A stretch of 64,000 nucleotides of DNA, from positions 124,001 to 188,000 of the forward strand of contig QPMI01000545.1 of the NCBI GenBank assembly GCA_004431415.1, in the 5' to 3' direction. Of this stretch, positions 47,248 through 59,607 are shown one piece after another. A model generated the notes under the pieces. The model had not been told where the DNA came from and ran no database searches. It saw only the letters and a program-made list of their open reading frames with translations. Source of the DNA: Cyanophora paradoxa CCMP329. Its lineage: Eukaryota; Plantae; Glaucophyta. Position 1 is the stretch's first letter. Every line of letters starts with the position of its first letter. A program made the translations under genes and the position numbers.

Positions 47248-48098
47248 CGCGCTCCCCGCAGGGCCCGCAGCGCATCTCCCAAAGCGCCCCTGTAAGAGCT
47301 GGCACCTCCGCGGCGCGCGAGTGGCTTGGTCGCCCCTGCGGGCCTCCTCCGCCGCCGTCGAGCAGGCGCGCCGCGCCCCGCTCCGCGCGCGCCAGCCGTC
47401 CACCGTCCACCGTCCACCGAGCTCGAGCCCTGCCCCGCAGGTGGCAATATCGATGACGAAAGGGAGGCGGCCGCCCACGCTTGCCTCCGCCGCCATCCCC
47501 GCACGATGCCCCGGGCCCTGCAGGCCCGTCCGCCCGAACCCCCCGGGGCCCTGCCCCCCGCGCCCGTCCGACGGTCGCCCTGCCGATGATACTTGGACGG
47601 TGGCTGCGCAGATTTAGAGAAAAGCGCTGGCGCCGGAGATAGCCGCTCGCCGCCGCCCTCCTGCGCGTCGCTCGCCCGCGCTGCAGCTGGCGATATCCGC
47701 AGTACCTCGTGGCAACACCCCCCCCCCCCCCCCCCCCGGCCCCCTCCCCCCCGCCCCGCTCCTCGTGGCGGCAGTTTACCCGAAGATCCCGCCGCCGCGG
47801 CCGCCTGCCCCCCGCCCTCCGCCCCGACCCCCCCGCCCCTAGCAGCCCTGCAGCCTGCAGCCTGCTGCAGGCTAGCTATCATAGTAGTTCAGATATGCAA
47901 TTAAAGTTATCGATATCGATATGTATTTAAATATTGATCTAGATCTGGCCATGGGCGGCGAAGCAGGATGTAGTGCTGGCCGGGGCTATGGCCTGTGGGC
48001 GTCCGGCCTGCAGCTGCAGCTGGCGCCGGTGATCGCGATCGACGAGGGCGCTCCGCGCCGGGCCCCTAGCGCAGCTGCAGCCTAGCTATAGATCTAGA

Positions 48099-48410
48099 TC
48101 AGATGTCCTCAGCGGGGCGCATGCCGCCGATGTTGGATGCGAGCATGCCGTCCGCGCAGCAGATCGGCAGGCACGCCATGAACGCCATTTGCGACGACAT
48201 CTTGCCCCCGCGGTACCTGCTCGCTCGATATCGATATCGACCGAGTCAGATTAAAACAGGGGTGGATCCGGAGGGCACGCGCCGGTCGTTGGGGTTGGCG
48301 TCGCGGAGGGCTTTCAGGACGAGGTTGGAGATGACGCGGGGCGAGCTGGCTCCCGAAGACATTTTCTGAGAGCGCTCTTCAAAACTTCGCCGTGCACACG
48401 AGTCCGAAAG

Positions 48411-48447
<37 letters not shown>

Positions 48448-49413
48448 CCAGCGAACCTTGAACATGGCCCACATGCGGCGCACGTCGTCCTCGTACATGG
48501 GCGAGCGCCCCAGCGCCTGCTGCCACTCCTTGCGGCTCGCCTCCAGTGCAGTGTTCGGCGTGTTGATCATGCCCTGCGCATGCGCGAGGGGCAGAAATCC
48601 GAATTTAAATATGCCAGGTGGATTTCGAATTCATAATTGCAATTTAAATTCGTTTCGCACGGGCTCGACGAGGACGACGCCGATGCCGCGGTGGCGGAGC
48701 TCGCGGCGGAGGCCGTCGGCGAGGCCCTCGACCGCGAATTTGGAGGCGCTGTAGGCGGCCAGGTAGGGGTTCGCCACCCGCCCCGCCATCGAGGAGACGA
48801 AGACGAGCCGCCCCCGCGTCCTCCGGATCGCGGGCAGGAGCGAGTGCGTCACCGCCATGAGCCCCAGCACGTTCACTGCAAGCGAGCGCTCAGCCGCCGG
48901 GGATCCGGAGCCCAGGGCCCGCACGCGGCGGGCCGAGCTCGCTCGCGTTCGGACGGACCGTCGAACGTCTTCTTGTGGTCTTCCATAGTGCAAGTCTCGA
49001 AGGGGCCCGGCACACCGAGGCCCGCGTTGCAGACGAGCCCGATGCGCCCGCCCGGCGCCTCCGCGTACGAAGAGATCCTTGCACGCAGGTCCGCCAGGTG
49101 CTGCGTGTATGCGGATGCGAGCGGGCGCGCCCGACGGTTATAAATAGCCTGAGCGGCCGCGGTGCGGCCCGGCGGAAAGCGGACGGCGGGATCCGGAGCA
49201 GTGCTGGTTCACCTGCTCGTTCGTAACGTCGAGGATGATCGGCACGAGGCGCTCCGGGGCCATAGACTTGAGGCGCGCCCCGTCTGCATCTTTCCTGACG
49301 CCCGCGAGCACCGTGAAACCGCACTGGGCGAGATAGACTGCGATGTCCTGCCCGATGCCGCTGGAGCAGCCGGTGACGACCACCGTATAGGGCTGCAAAC
49401 CGCTGTTCCCCAT
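48099..49413 (-). CDS. Classical short-chain dehydrogenase/reductase (RDH/17b-HSD/BDH1-like); multi-exon
   Basis: VVVTGCSSGIG, LDVT, LVCNAG, VNVLG, FVSSMAG, YSASKF, VVLVEP|G. Confidence 0.95.
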
Positions 49414-49693
49414 TTCTGCAGTGCCCGGCACTAGCGTTGCAGCCTATATAGCTACTTGCAGGCTTGCAGGCCAAGTTGCAGCTCGGGGGCCAGGGCCTTC
49501 AAGGCTCGATCGGCTTTTGAGCTCAGCAGCTGCCAGGCCCTGAGCTCGATCGAGGCAGATGTGCTGGGTCGCTGGCCCGCTGGCCGCAGTGGCGGAGCTG
49601 GGGCGCCTGGAACGCTGCGGGGCTGATCGATGAGCGGTAGGCTCCGGCCCCCGGGCCCGGGGAGCCTGCGGGCGGAGGCTGCGGCTGGGCGCC

Positions 49694-49853
49694 GGCTCGC
49701 GGCCGCCCAGCGGCGCCCACTGCGGGCCTCTGCGGCGCCCAGGCGGCCCAGCCGCCTCCGGCCCTCCGCGGCGGACCGGTATACCGGTCGGGCTCGCGGC
49801 CGCCCGGCGCCCACTGCGGCGCCCAGCCGCCTCCGGCCCTCCGCGGCGGACCG
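49694..49853. repeat. Tandem imperfect duplication joined by a perfect 16-bp palindrome
   Basis: gcccagccgcctccggccctccgcggcggaccg occurs twice; gaccggtataccggtc at 49774-49789. Confidence 0.9.
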
Positions 49854-51188
49854 CCGGCGGCCGGCGGTTACCTCGCAACCGGGGCATGCGCATTCGCACT
49901 TTTCCAGTCAAATTCCGGATCCGGGCCCGGCCCGGTATACGTACCCACGGTACCCCCACGTCGAGATTGATAAGATTGATAAGTTGCATGAACTTTCATC
50001 AACGTTACCGGATCCGGATCCGGACTCGGAGAGTCGGAGTCCGGCACGTGCACACGTGCACTGCACAGCTGCGGGCTGCAGCCTGAGGCCTAACTATACT
50101 ATGACAGCTATACAGGCATCATGGCATGTAGCCTGCACTGGCCCTGCAGCTAGCTCGAGCTCAGGCAGGCTTTCGTGCGCATGCGCAGCTGCAGTGCACG
50201 TGCAAATTGAAAGCATTGCAGGCTATCGCTGCTTGCAATTGCGCATGCGCATGCGCATGCGCAGCAACGGGCGCCTCGGGGGATTACTCATTGAATGTCG
50301 GAATCGGGGCCGGAGACTGGGCCGGAGTACTAGTTCGGCCGCTGCCGTGGGCCGCGCGCGGTGATCGTGAGCGGCGCTGGGCGCGCCCCCGGCCCGTACC
50401 AGTATTTATATATCCCTTGAGCGCTAGCTCTATAGATATTCGGATCCGGATCCACAGATTCTCCAGCCTCCGTACGTATACGCGTGTAACTAGAAATATT
50501 TATCGCGATTATCTTTCTTTTGAGAGACGACGGTACCGGTGGGGCGATCGCGAGCCCCCCGTAGGTAGTAATACTAAAAGATATATAACAAAGTGATCAC
50601 AAATCAAAGAAATCGCAGGCAACGACGAGCAGTCGACGTCACACTAGAACGTCGAGGAGCACGAGGACGCAGCGCGAGGACGGGCACGAGGAGCTTCGGA
50701 ACTATAGTCGAAGATGCAGATCTAGAGTTCAAAGACACGACAGTACTAATCGTACTAGAACTAGCAGTCCCGAATCCGAGACTCCCGAAGTCCAAAAGGA
50801 ATTTTCGAATTCAACTGTGCGTGTACATGTTCATGTGGGGGCATGCGGTAATGCTTCGAATTCGAATTCAGGTTCGGTTTGTACTGAATTCGAATAGCTT
50901 GCAATTGGCTTGCAAGATTGAAAGGTGAACGTTTAACAATAATAAGTAATAGCCTGCTGACCTACTAGAAATAAATACTATGATACAAGCCTTTAAGTAC
51001 TAGTACTGCCACGCTGAAATTAAAAGATCTAGACTCCGAGCCTCGTCCTGCAGCTGGTTGATCACTCGTCACTGGATGGCACACCTGCGAAAGGGGAACG
51101 AGCGTCTATAAATATCGATTGCGAGCTCGAGCTCGAGCCCAGAGCCGGAAACTTAAATTAAAGAGCATCGAGCTCGAAGGGCCGGGGC

Positions 51189-52660
51189 TCACCCATCACG
51201 ATCAGTGCTTGGCCGAGGGGTCGGGGGTCCGGAGGATGCTGAGGCGCTCAGCCTCCTGCTCGAGGGGGACGGGGTAGAAGGGAGGGGCCTGAGATCGGGT
51301 CCGGCCGCGGGGGCGCCCCGGGGCTCGGAAGCGAGGGCGTCCCTCAGGATGTGGAGGCTCTTCTCGAGGCGGGACTGCTCGGAGGGGCTGGGGAGCGTCG
51401 GCGGCGGGCCGGCGGGGGGCGCCTCGAGGGCCAAGTGGACCCGACCGGACTCGATCTCAGGCCCCTCCCTTCACTGCGGATTCGAATTCTCAGCTCAAAT
51501 CTAAAAATAAGCTCATGAGGGGGTACACGGACCGAAGACCTGGCGGAGGACGACGCGGCCCTTGTGGTTGAGGGCGTACCCCGGCTCGAAGCGCCGCAGG
51601 AAGAGGCTGTGCAGCAGAGCCGCGAAGAACTTGGCCACGCTCGCGGCCCGCTTCGGGTCGCCCCGCTCGAGCTGGGGTACGTGAGATTTCTTGCGGGTTC
51701 ATCGAAAGAGAAGGAAGAGGGGCAGGGCACCTGCTCGATCATGAAGGATCCCGCGGGGGTAGAGCCCTTCCGAGCGGCGAAGCGAATGGAGAGGCGACCG
51801 GAGCCTCTAAGAGGGGGTGAGAGGGGTTAGAAGATCAGGACGGGTACGAGTCCAGGAGGGGGGTGCAGGGGCGAACTTGGAGGCGGGGGCGAGGCTCTCC
51901 TCGCAGACGTCGCCGATTTCGATCGTGACGATCACCTGCGAAGAATCAGTTTCGAATTGATCGCGCGGAGAGCTTGATCATGAAAGAAGGGACCTTCGCG
52001 TTGCGAAGGGCCTCGGCGTTGGAGGCGGGGGGCGAGGTCATCATCAGCCTCCGGGCCGTGATCCTGTTAACGTTGAATTAATTTATTCCAGATTAGATTG
52101 AGCCGCAATTGCAAGCTGCGCGCCGCGCACCACACGTCTCCGACGGCGTCGATCTCCGGCTGGCCCGACCCGCGGCGGCGGACCCGGACCGCCTGCAGGG
52201 CGCTGATGCGGCCTTCGCCGGGGAGGGGCGAGAAGGGGAGGGAGAGGGTCCCTTGGAAGCCGGGGCGGAGGGGCGCGGAGGGCGGCGCCGGCGGGTAGTG
52301 GGCGGCCGCGGCGGCGCGGGGGTCGGAGTCGGGAGCGGCGTCGGAGAAGCTCAGGCTGGTTCGGCGGGAGGATTCGGAGGCGAAGGAGAGAGGGGGGAGC
52401 TCGGAACCGGTTTCACTGGAGAGGCTCGCGCGGCTGGAACTCGCGTAGGGCCTTCTGGGACGGCGCTCGTAGCTGGGCGCGGGCGGCCCGGCAGTGACGT
52501 TCAAGGGCCTGCAGCTGGGCACGCCGGAGGCCGACGCCGGCCCGTGTGCCCGCGACTCTTGGGCGAGGTCTCGCAACGCGCCCGCGGAGAGGCGGCGGCC
52601 GCTCGCCGTCTCGGCGGACGCGGGCGTCGGCCCGCCTGCCGGCGCCATGTACGTATACAT
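51189..52660 (-). CDS. Hypothetical protein with Ser/Pro-rich N-terminus; multi-exon, 3' end approximate
   Basis: Long first exon plus short spliceable exons (ITARRLMMTSP.., VIVTIEIGDVCEES.., AKFFAALLHSLFLRRFEPGY). No family recognised. Confidence 0.55.
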
Positions 52661-53528
52661 GGTCGCGTACGTGTCTAGCTGGAGGCTAGCGTACGCGTAC
52701 GGGCGCGACGTGTGCTCGCTTATCTGAACGCGCCCTGGGCCTTCGATTCCGCTGCGGCCGCGCGGCTGCGACGCCTAGGCCTATCGAGCTAGCTAGCCGA
52801 ACGCCTGCTCCGCTCGAGCTTGCGCATGCACGCCTGAGAAGCTGTGCGGGCGCGCGTGCTGCCCTCATGATCAAGAGATAAGGCGACCGGAAGCGAAGCA
52901 TCGCGTATGTATGGGCGATCATCGGAGCACATTGTGGAGCACAATATGGAGCGCAAATGCGTGGAGCAGAGCGGCGCTCAGTATTGCGCGGACCGCCGAT
53001 TATCGCACTCATGCATGCATGCGCATATGGGTTGAGCAGGTATGGCTCGAGAGCTGCTGCAAGGTAAGGTCGAGAGCTGCAACCTCGGCGAAGCGCCACG
53101 CGCACGGCGTCACGCGTGCCGCAGGCCCGCAGACAGCAGGGGCTGCAGGGCGAGCTCTAGATCTGGCGCCGGCTGAGCGCGCCAGTTTCGGTGTACAGCG
53201 ATCGCGAGCTCGAGCGCCCGCAGAAGCGCGCGCGCGCGCGCGCGCCGGCGCCGGCGCTAGCGCTAGCTATAGCGCTGGTGGCCGACCAATTCATGATCAT
53301 GATGAAGTCGTTTGATTTTCGGGGGAGCCGTTCTCGTCGGAGAAGCCGTCCGTTTTCGGCGCTTTGGCCAGTTCTTCTGCTCTTCCGGCCGGCACTAGCC
53401 GGCAGCCGGCCCTGGGGGTTTCGCTTCTAGCAAAAGCTCGCTAGGAGCAGGAGCGATGTGCCGCGCGCGAGGGCGGGGGCGGAGATGGGTCGAGCTTTGG
53501 TCGGGCAGCCCGGGCGCGTAGCTAAGCC

Positions 53529-56500
53529 ATGCGCAACGCCGCGCGCGCTTCGCGGAGCGGGAGCCGCGACGCGGCGCGCGCGGCGATCGCGCTCCTCGCC
53601 CGGCTCGCGCTGCTGGCGGCAGCGTGCGGTGTGGCTCCGACGCTGCCGCCCCGGGACGATCTGCTCTTCCTCCTGACGTGCGGGCACTGCGAGCGAGCGC
53701 CTGGAATGCGCCGGCCCGACGCCCCCGCAGGTACGCCCGGCCGTACGTGGCGGCGGCGGCGGGCCCGTGCCCCTGCCTGTTTGAGGCCGTCCTCTTCGTC
53801 CCCTGGGGCTCCAGCGTCTCCGTCTACCTCGTGGACGACGACGAGTACGCGAGCCTCTTCCGCGGCGGCGCGGCGGAGGCGGCGGCGGCCGAGGCCGGCG
53901 AGACGTACCTGCCGGAGCCGGACAACGACGACCTCGTGCTCGCGGCGCGCGTCTTCGAGACGCCCGTCGCGCCCGCCGCCACCGTCGGGCGCTTCGGCTC
54001 GTACGTCTCGGGCCCGCGGCTCGCGCCGGCCCGCGACGGGGCCCGCTTCTTCTTCGTCGCCAAGCCCTCCCCGGGCTTCGAGCGCGCCACGCCCCGCCCG
54101 CCCGCACGCCCGCCCGGCCGACCGCCGCCGCTGACGCCCCCGCGCGCACGCAGCATCGCGGCCATCCAAGTGGCCGTGCAGATCCGCCCCGTCCGTGCGC
54201 ACCGCCCCTCGCCCCGCCGCCGCCGCCCCTCGCCCCGCCGCCCCCCCACGCCCCGCGCAGTCTCCCTGCGCGTGCCCGCGCTCGAGGGACCCCCTGTACC
54301 CCTGCCGCCCGGCCTGGGCCCCGCCGAGCTCTGTCCCTGCACCGCGTACTACGACTGCGGCCCCTCGGCCGGCCCCTGCCCCTTCTCCGTGGCGCCCCGG
54401 GGGCGGGCGGACGAGCCTCTCGAGCGGCCGGGGGCCGCGCTCTTCCTCTCCGGCGCCCCATCCGGCTCCCGCCCCGCCCTCCTCGCAACCCACCTGCCGG
54501 GATCCGAACCCTGCGCCCCCGAGATCGACCTCCGCGCCGCCCTCCTCGGCACCCGTGCGATCCGTACCCCTCCCCCGCCCCTCCCGCTACCCCCGCCCGA
54601 CGCCGCCCCGGCAGGCCCCGGCGTGGTCCTGGCGCCCACGCAGGTGCCCACGGGGGGCGGGATCCTGGCCCTCTACGGGGCCGGCTTCGGACGGGACGTA
54701 GAAGCGCTGGAGGCCGTCCTCGTCCTCCCGCAGCGCGGGGCGGACCCGGAGCCCCTCGCCCTGCGCGACGACGACCCGCGCGCCCTCCTCGACGCCGCCG
54801 TCGCGCTCGAGTGCCGCGAGACGTTCTTCGTGCCGGACCAGGCCGGCGTGGCCTGCACCGCCCCGCCGGGCGCCGGCTCGGCCGCCGGCGTCGCGCTGCT
54901 CTTCAGGGGCCGCCCGCCCGTCCTCGGGGCCTTCTCCTACGAGCGTGCGCGCCCTCCCTCCCCCCCCCCCGCCCTCCCTTCTCGCCCCGCCTGACCTCGC
55001 GCAGCGCCGCGGGTGGACTCCGTGAGCGAGGCGCCGGAGGCGGGCGGGGAGGTCGTCCTCGCCGGCGCCAACTTTGGCCCGCGCGGCACGCCCGTACAGG
55101 TCCTCACGCCCCCCCGCCCCGCCCCGCCTGGGTTTGATCTTACGGCGGGGCCGCAGGTGCGGGTGGGCGGCCTGCTCTGCGAGGGCGCCCGCGTCTCGAG
55201 GCCGCACGTCGAGATCCGCTGCACGGCCCCGCCCGGCCACGGCGCCCGCCTGCCCCTCATCCTCCAGGGTACGCCATTCATCGCGCCCCCGCGCTCTTTC
55301 CTTGGAGCGGGAGTGACGTGCGCTTTCGCCGCAGTGTCGGACCAGCACGTGACCCTCCCCGTCGGATTCTCGTACTCCCCCCACCCGATCCCGGAGGGGC
55401 CCGGCCCGCCCGCCTCGGCCCGCTTCGCCGCGGCGTCCACCTGCGACCCCGAGCCGCCCCCCTTCGCCCGCTTCCTCGCCTCCCTCGAGGGGTACGACCC
55501 CTCCCCCCCCCCGCTTTCGGCGCAGCCGTGACGGGCCGCAGCTGGCGGACGCTCGTGGTCGGCTGCGCCGACTCGGCGCCCCTCGCGTGGGCGGCCCTCT
55601 CGCCCTCGCTGGCCTACCTGCCCCGCCGGGCCCTCCCCGGCGACCTCGCCCGCGCCCTCTCCGAGGAGGCCGCCCCCGCCTCCGACCCGCGCTGGGCCGC
55701 CGTCGCCGCCGCCCTCGCCCTCGCCCAGGGCGCCGACTGGCTCCTCGCCGTCGACCTCGCCTCCGCCGGCCCGGGGCCCTTCCGGCCCCCCGTCGTCCTC
55801 GACCTCCACCGCCCCGCTCCCCGCCTCGCGCCCCTCCCCGCGCCCGCCCCCTGGCACGGCCTCGCCCGCCCCCCGCCGCCTGCCTCCCGCGCCCCGCGGG
55901 GGCCCCCCGGCGACTTCGTTCGCCTCCTCGACCCCTCCTCCGACGCCCTCCCCGCCGCCCTCCAGGTGGACGCCCCTTGCGCCTGCGACGACTCCGCGGA
56001 GAGCGACCCCGACGCCGAGTCGGCCGCGGGCGCCCCGCGCTCCTTCTTCCCGGCGGCCCTCGCCGGCCCCGCCTTCCTCCCCGACGCCCGCCCCGCCGCC
56101 CTCCTCGTCCACCGCGCCGCCGCCTCCGGCCTCCTCTGGCCCTCCGCCGAGCCCTCGGCGCCCCGCTGGCGCGCCCTACGCTCCGCCTGGCTCCAGCGCC
56201 TCGCCCACGCCGCCGGCCTCCGCACCCTCCTCCGCCCCTGCTCCGCCTCCCCCTTCCCGCCCCACGCCCTCAACGCCTCCTCCTCCTCCTCCTCTGATTT
56301 GGACGCCGCGGACCGGCTCCACGCGCGCCTCATCGCCAACAAAGCCCTCTCGGACGGGGCCGACGCGCTGGACGCGGCGGGCTGGGCCCTCGCCCTCCTC
56401 GCGAGGGACGGCCTCGCGCACCGCTCCGCCCCGCGCCTCTGGCGCGCATGGGCCGCCGACCTCAGGCGGGGCGGCCTCGCCCCGCCCCCGCTCCGCCCCG

Positions 56501-59019
56501 AGCTCGAGGCCCCGCCGGCCCCGCCCGACCGCCCCCCGGCCGTCAGCTTCGTCGCCGCCACCCGCAACGACGGCTACGGCGGCGGCCTCCGCCGCCGCTT
56601 CCAGGCGCACACATCCTCCCCCTTCCCTTCCCTTTGCTCCGCTCTAATTTAAAGCCTCGCGCACAGGTGATGTTGAAGTCGCTGGCCGGGATCGCGGAGC
56701 GCTGGCGGCTCGACGCGGAGCTCGTCGTCGTCGAGTGGAACCCGCCGCCGGCCGCCCCGCCCCTCCACCGCTCCGCCCTCTGGCCCGCCACGCCCCGCCT
56801 CCGCACCCGCGTGCGCACCATGCCTCGACCGCCCGATCCGCGAGCCCCCTTCTCTGAGGACTGACCGCGGGCAGATCGTCACGGTACCCCCCGACCTGCA
56901 CGCCCGGCTGGCCCTCCAGTGGGCCTCCATCAACCAGGCGCCCCCACCCTCCCACCCCCCCTCTCCTTCTTGTACCCCTCCCGCTCACCCCCCCCTCTCG
57001 CAGAGCGACGGGGAGGAGGCGGGGAGGGAGGCGGCCGCCGTCGCCTCGAAGAACCCCGTGTCCGCCCCTGGCCCCCGCCCCGCCCCGCCCCGCCCGCGCC
57101 AGCTAGAGACCCCTAGAGCGTCGTCCTCTGTCCTTCTAGAGCGTACCGCCCGTCTTTCGCGCGGCGAAGGCTGAGCCCCCCCCCCCCCCTCCCCAGGTAC
57201 GAGTGGATCGCGAAGAACGCCGGCGTGCGGCGCGCCGCGGGGGACTACGTCCTCGTCTTCAACGCGCGTGCCTTTCCCCAACGAATCCTCTAGCAGATCT
57301 TCCAGCTTTGTTCTAGTAGACCTCCTGCCGCCGCCGCCCTAGGCCCCTCGTCCTCCTCCTCCTCATCCTCTTCCTCCTCGGGCCTATCGAGCTCCATCTC
57401 CCGCCTCGTCTCGAGCTCCCGGTTGCCCCCTACTGAGGGCAGGGCGCGGCAGGTGGACGACGCGGTCTCGGACGCCGTCGGGCGCCTCCTCGGCACCGCC
57501 CGCGGGCAGGAAGGTGCGATCCCATCCCGATCCGCTCGAGCTTCTTACTCTCGTCAACGTCCTCTAAGGGCGTCGCGCAGGGCCGCTGGAGCCGCTGGCG
57601 GCGGGGGAGGCCCCGGGGGAGGACGACGCGCTCCGCCCGGGGCGCTTCTACCTCGCCCGCCGGTCCGAGCCCCCCCAGCCCCGCCCTCTTTCCTCTCAGC
57701 GTTACCCTGCTCCTCTCCTCGCCCCTTGCTCCTTTCTCTTAGCCTCCTCGCGGCAGGTACCACCTGGATCCGCTGCCGGCGGGGCTGGCGTGGGGCGAGC
57801 TGCAGGCGCGGATGCGGCGCGAGTCGGCGACGGGCATCTTCTACCAGGAGATGGACTTCGAGCGGTGCCGCCGCGCCCCGTCCACAGCCGACAGAGATCG
57901 CCGAAGCGGCCACGCCGCCGCCCGCTTCCCCGCCTCATTTGCGGGGCGCAGGGGGTTCCTGGACACGCTCAGGCACCTCCGCGACGCGAACGTCTCCGCG
58001 TGCGCTGCGCCCCGCCCCGCCCCGCCCCTCAGCTGAGCGCGCTGCAGGCGGGCGGTGGCGGCGCGGAAGCGGCCCCGCTCCATGCAGGAGGTGCTGCACG
58101 CGCTCTCCGCAGACACTGCCCCCGCCCCCCGCCCCGCGCCTCCTCCCCGCCGACCCTCCTCGCCCCCCCTCCCCAGGTGCTGACGGACGGCCCCGGGGAC
58201 TTTTTCCTCATGCACCGCGACGACTGGCACGCGTGCGCCTCCATCGATATCCTCCACCCCTCCTTCCCTTCCCTTCCGAAAGCCTCGGGCAGGACGCGGG
58301 GGTTCCGGGAGGTCCCGACATACTGCTGCATGGACCACGAGCTCGTCAGCAAGGCGCGCCACTCTCTCACGCGGCCCCCTCTCTTCTTTCCCCTTCAACC
58401 CCAATCTGAAGCTTCCCCCACTCGCGCCCCGCCCCGGCAGGCCCTGGCGATGGGCCTGCAGTACGTGCAGCTCCTCCCCCCCTACGCCGGTGCCCGCCCC
58501 GTGCCATCGAGGCCCGCGCGTGCCGCCTGCGCCGCCCAGTCTATTATCCATGCTTATAGATAGACGCCCGCCCCCCGCCTTAAGTATTCGTGTCTTATCT
58601 TATCGGACCGAACCCCGCTGTAATCTCATCGAACCCCGCCCGCGGCAGTCTTCCACGCGAACCACGAGCGGGAGTACCTCGCCCGCAAGACCCTCGGTCC
58701 GCCCCGCCCCGCCCCGCTCCGCCCCGCCCCGCTCGCGCCCCCGCGCCGCTCCCGCCCCGCCCCCACCCCGCCGGAGCTCGGAGCCCGGAGCTCGGAAGAA
58801 GCTCTGAGCGCCACGCCTCTGGAAAAAAACCACTGCTTCCCGTCTCTGGATCTGGATCTAGCGCGTTACCCCGCTTACGCTTTCGGGGCAGCGGTGGACG
58901 TGCGGGAGCAGGACGCGGCGGTGCGCTCCGGGGTGCCCCTCCACCAGAACGGGCCCGCCTGGGGCCTCGCCGGCGAGCGCGGGCTGCGCGAGGCCGAGCT
59001 CCCGGGGCCCCTGTATTGA
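53529..59019 (+). CDS. Secretory-pathway protein: signal peptide, IPT/TIG domains, C-terminal GT-A (GT2-like) glycosyltransferase domain; multi-exon
   Basis: Hydrophobic N-terminus; GGGILALYGAGFG..CTAPPGAG and GGEVVLAGANFG..CTAPPGHG (IPT/TIG); VSFVAATRNDGYGG..VVEWNP..EWIAKNAGVRRAAGDYVL..GDFFLMHRDDW..FHANH..NGPAWG. Confidence 0.82.
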
Positions 59020-59290
59020 TGTCTTAGCTTATTTCCAGCAACATTTATTGAGAGCTGTGTTTGTTTGTCACCGCTTAATTAATATAAGCGTATGCTAAGA
59101 GGAGGGGAGAGGGGCGTATGTGAAGGGTGTGCGTGCGCATGCGCAGTTGCGCGCACGGAAACTGCTCGCGAGGTCAAACACGTCCTGTGCTATACGGTAT
59201 CTAGAAAGATTCCTTACCTTTATTGATTTCTTAGCTTATTTAACAGTAACATTAATTGAGAGCTGTGTTTTCTTGTCACCGGTACCGCTT
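59014..59290. repeat. Two diverged copies of a ~65-70 bp segment at the glycosyltransferase 3' end (59014-59076, 59221-59290)
   Basis: tattgat.tcttagcttattt..cag.aacatt.attgagagctgtgttt..ttgtcaccg in both. Confidence 0.92.
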
Positions 59291-59607
59291 TATTCGATGC
59301 TTTGTTTGATCGCAATTGCAAGTAGATCTAGATGCCCAAGGGGAGCTTCGGAGGGGGAGCAGAAGCAAGGGGAGGAAGGGGGGAGGGAGGGGGAGGGGAA
59401 GAAGAAGAAGAAGAGGCAAGGGTATGGCGGGGGGGGGGAGGGAGGGGAGGCCTAGCGGAAGGGGGGGGATGGGGGGGGGGGATGCAACGAAGCTCGACAC
59501 TGCCCAATCAGATCAGCGGCTGATCTACGCAAGCGTTGAGTCACTGTACATGCATATGTTTTTGTAAGAAACACCATACTGGCTGGCGCCGCTCTAATTA
59601 TAAATTT

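Noticed and set aside
48414-48447. Long poly-G/poly-C runs (also ~19443, ~30805, ~47718)
   Set aside because: Intronic or intergenic homopolymers whose lengths are unreliable in assemblies; no functional claim is supportable.
50593-50928. 111-aa plus-strand ORF in intergenic DNA
   Set aside because: Non-ATG start, no recognisable motif, and embedded in palindrome-rich non-coding sequence.
1-59000. Hundreds of long overlapping Arg/Pro/Gly/Ala-rich ORFs in the track (e.g. 25860-27932, 35613-37334, 42787-44559)
   Set aside because: Expected from stop-codon scarcity at very high GC. Most are antisense or off-frame to spliced genes and read through introns.
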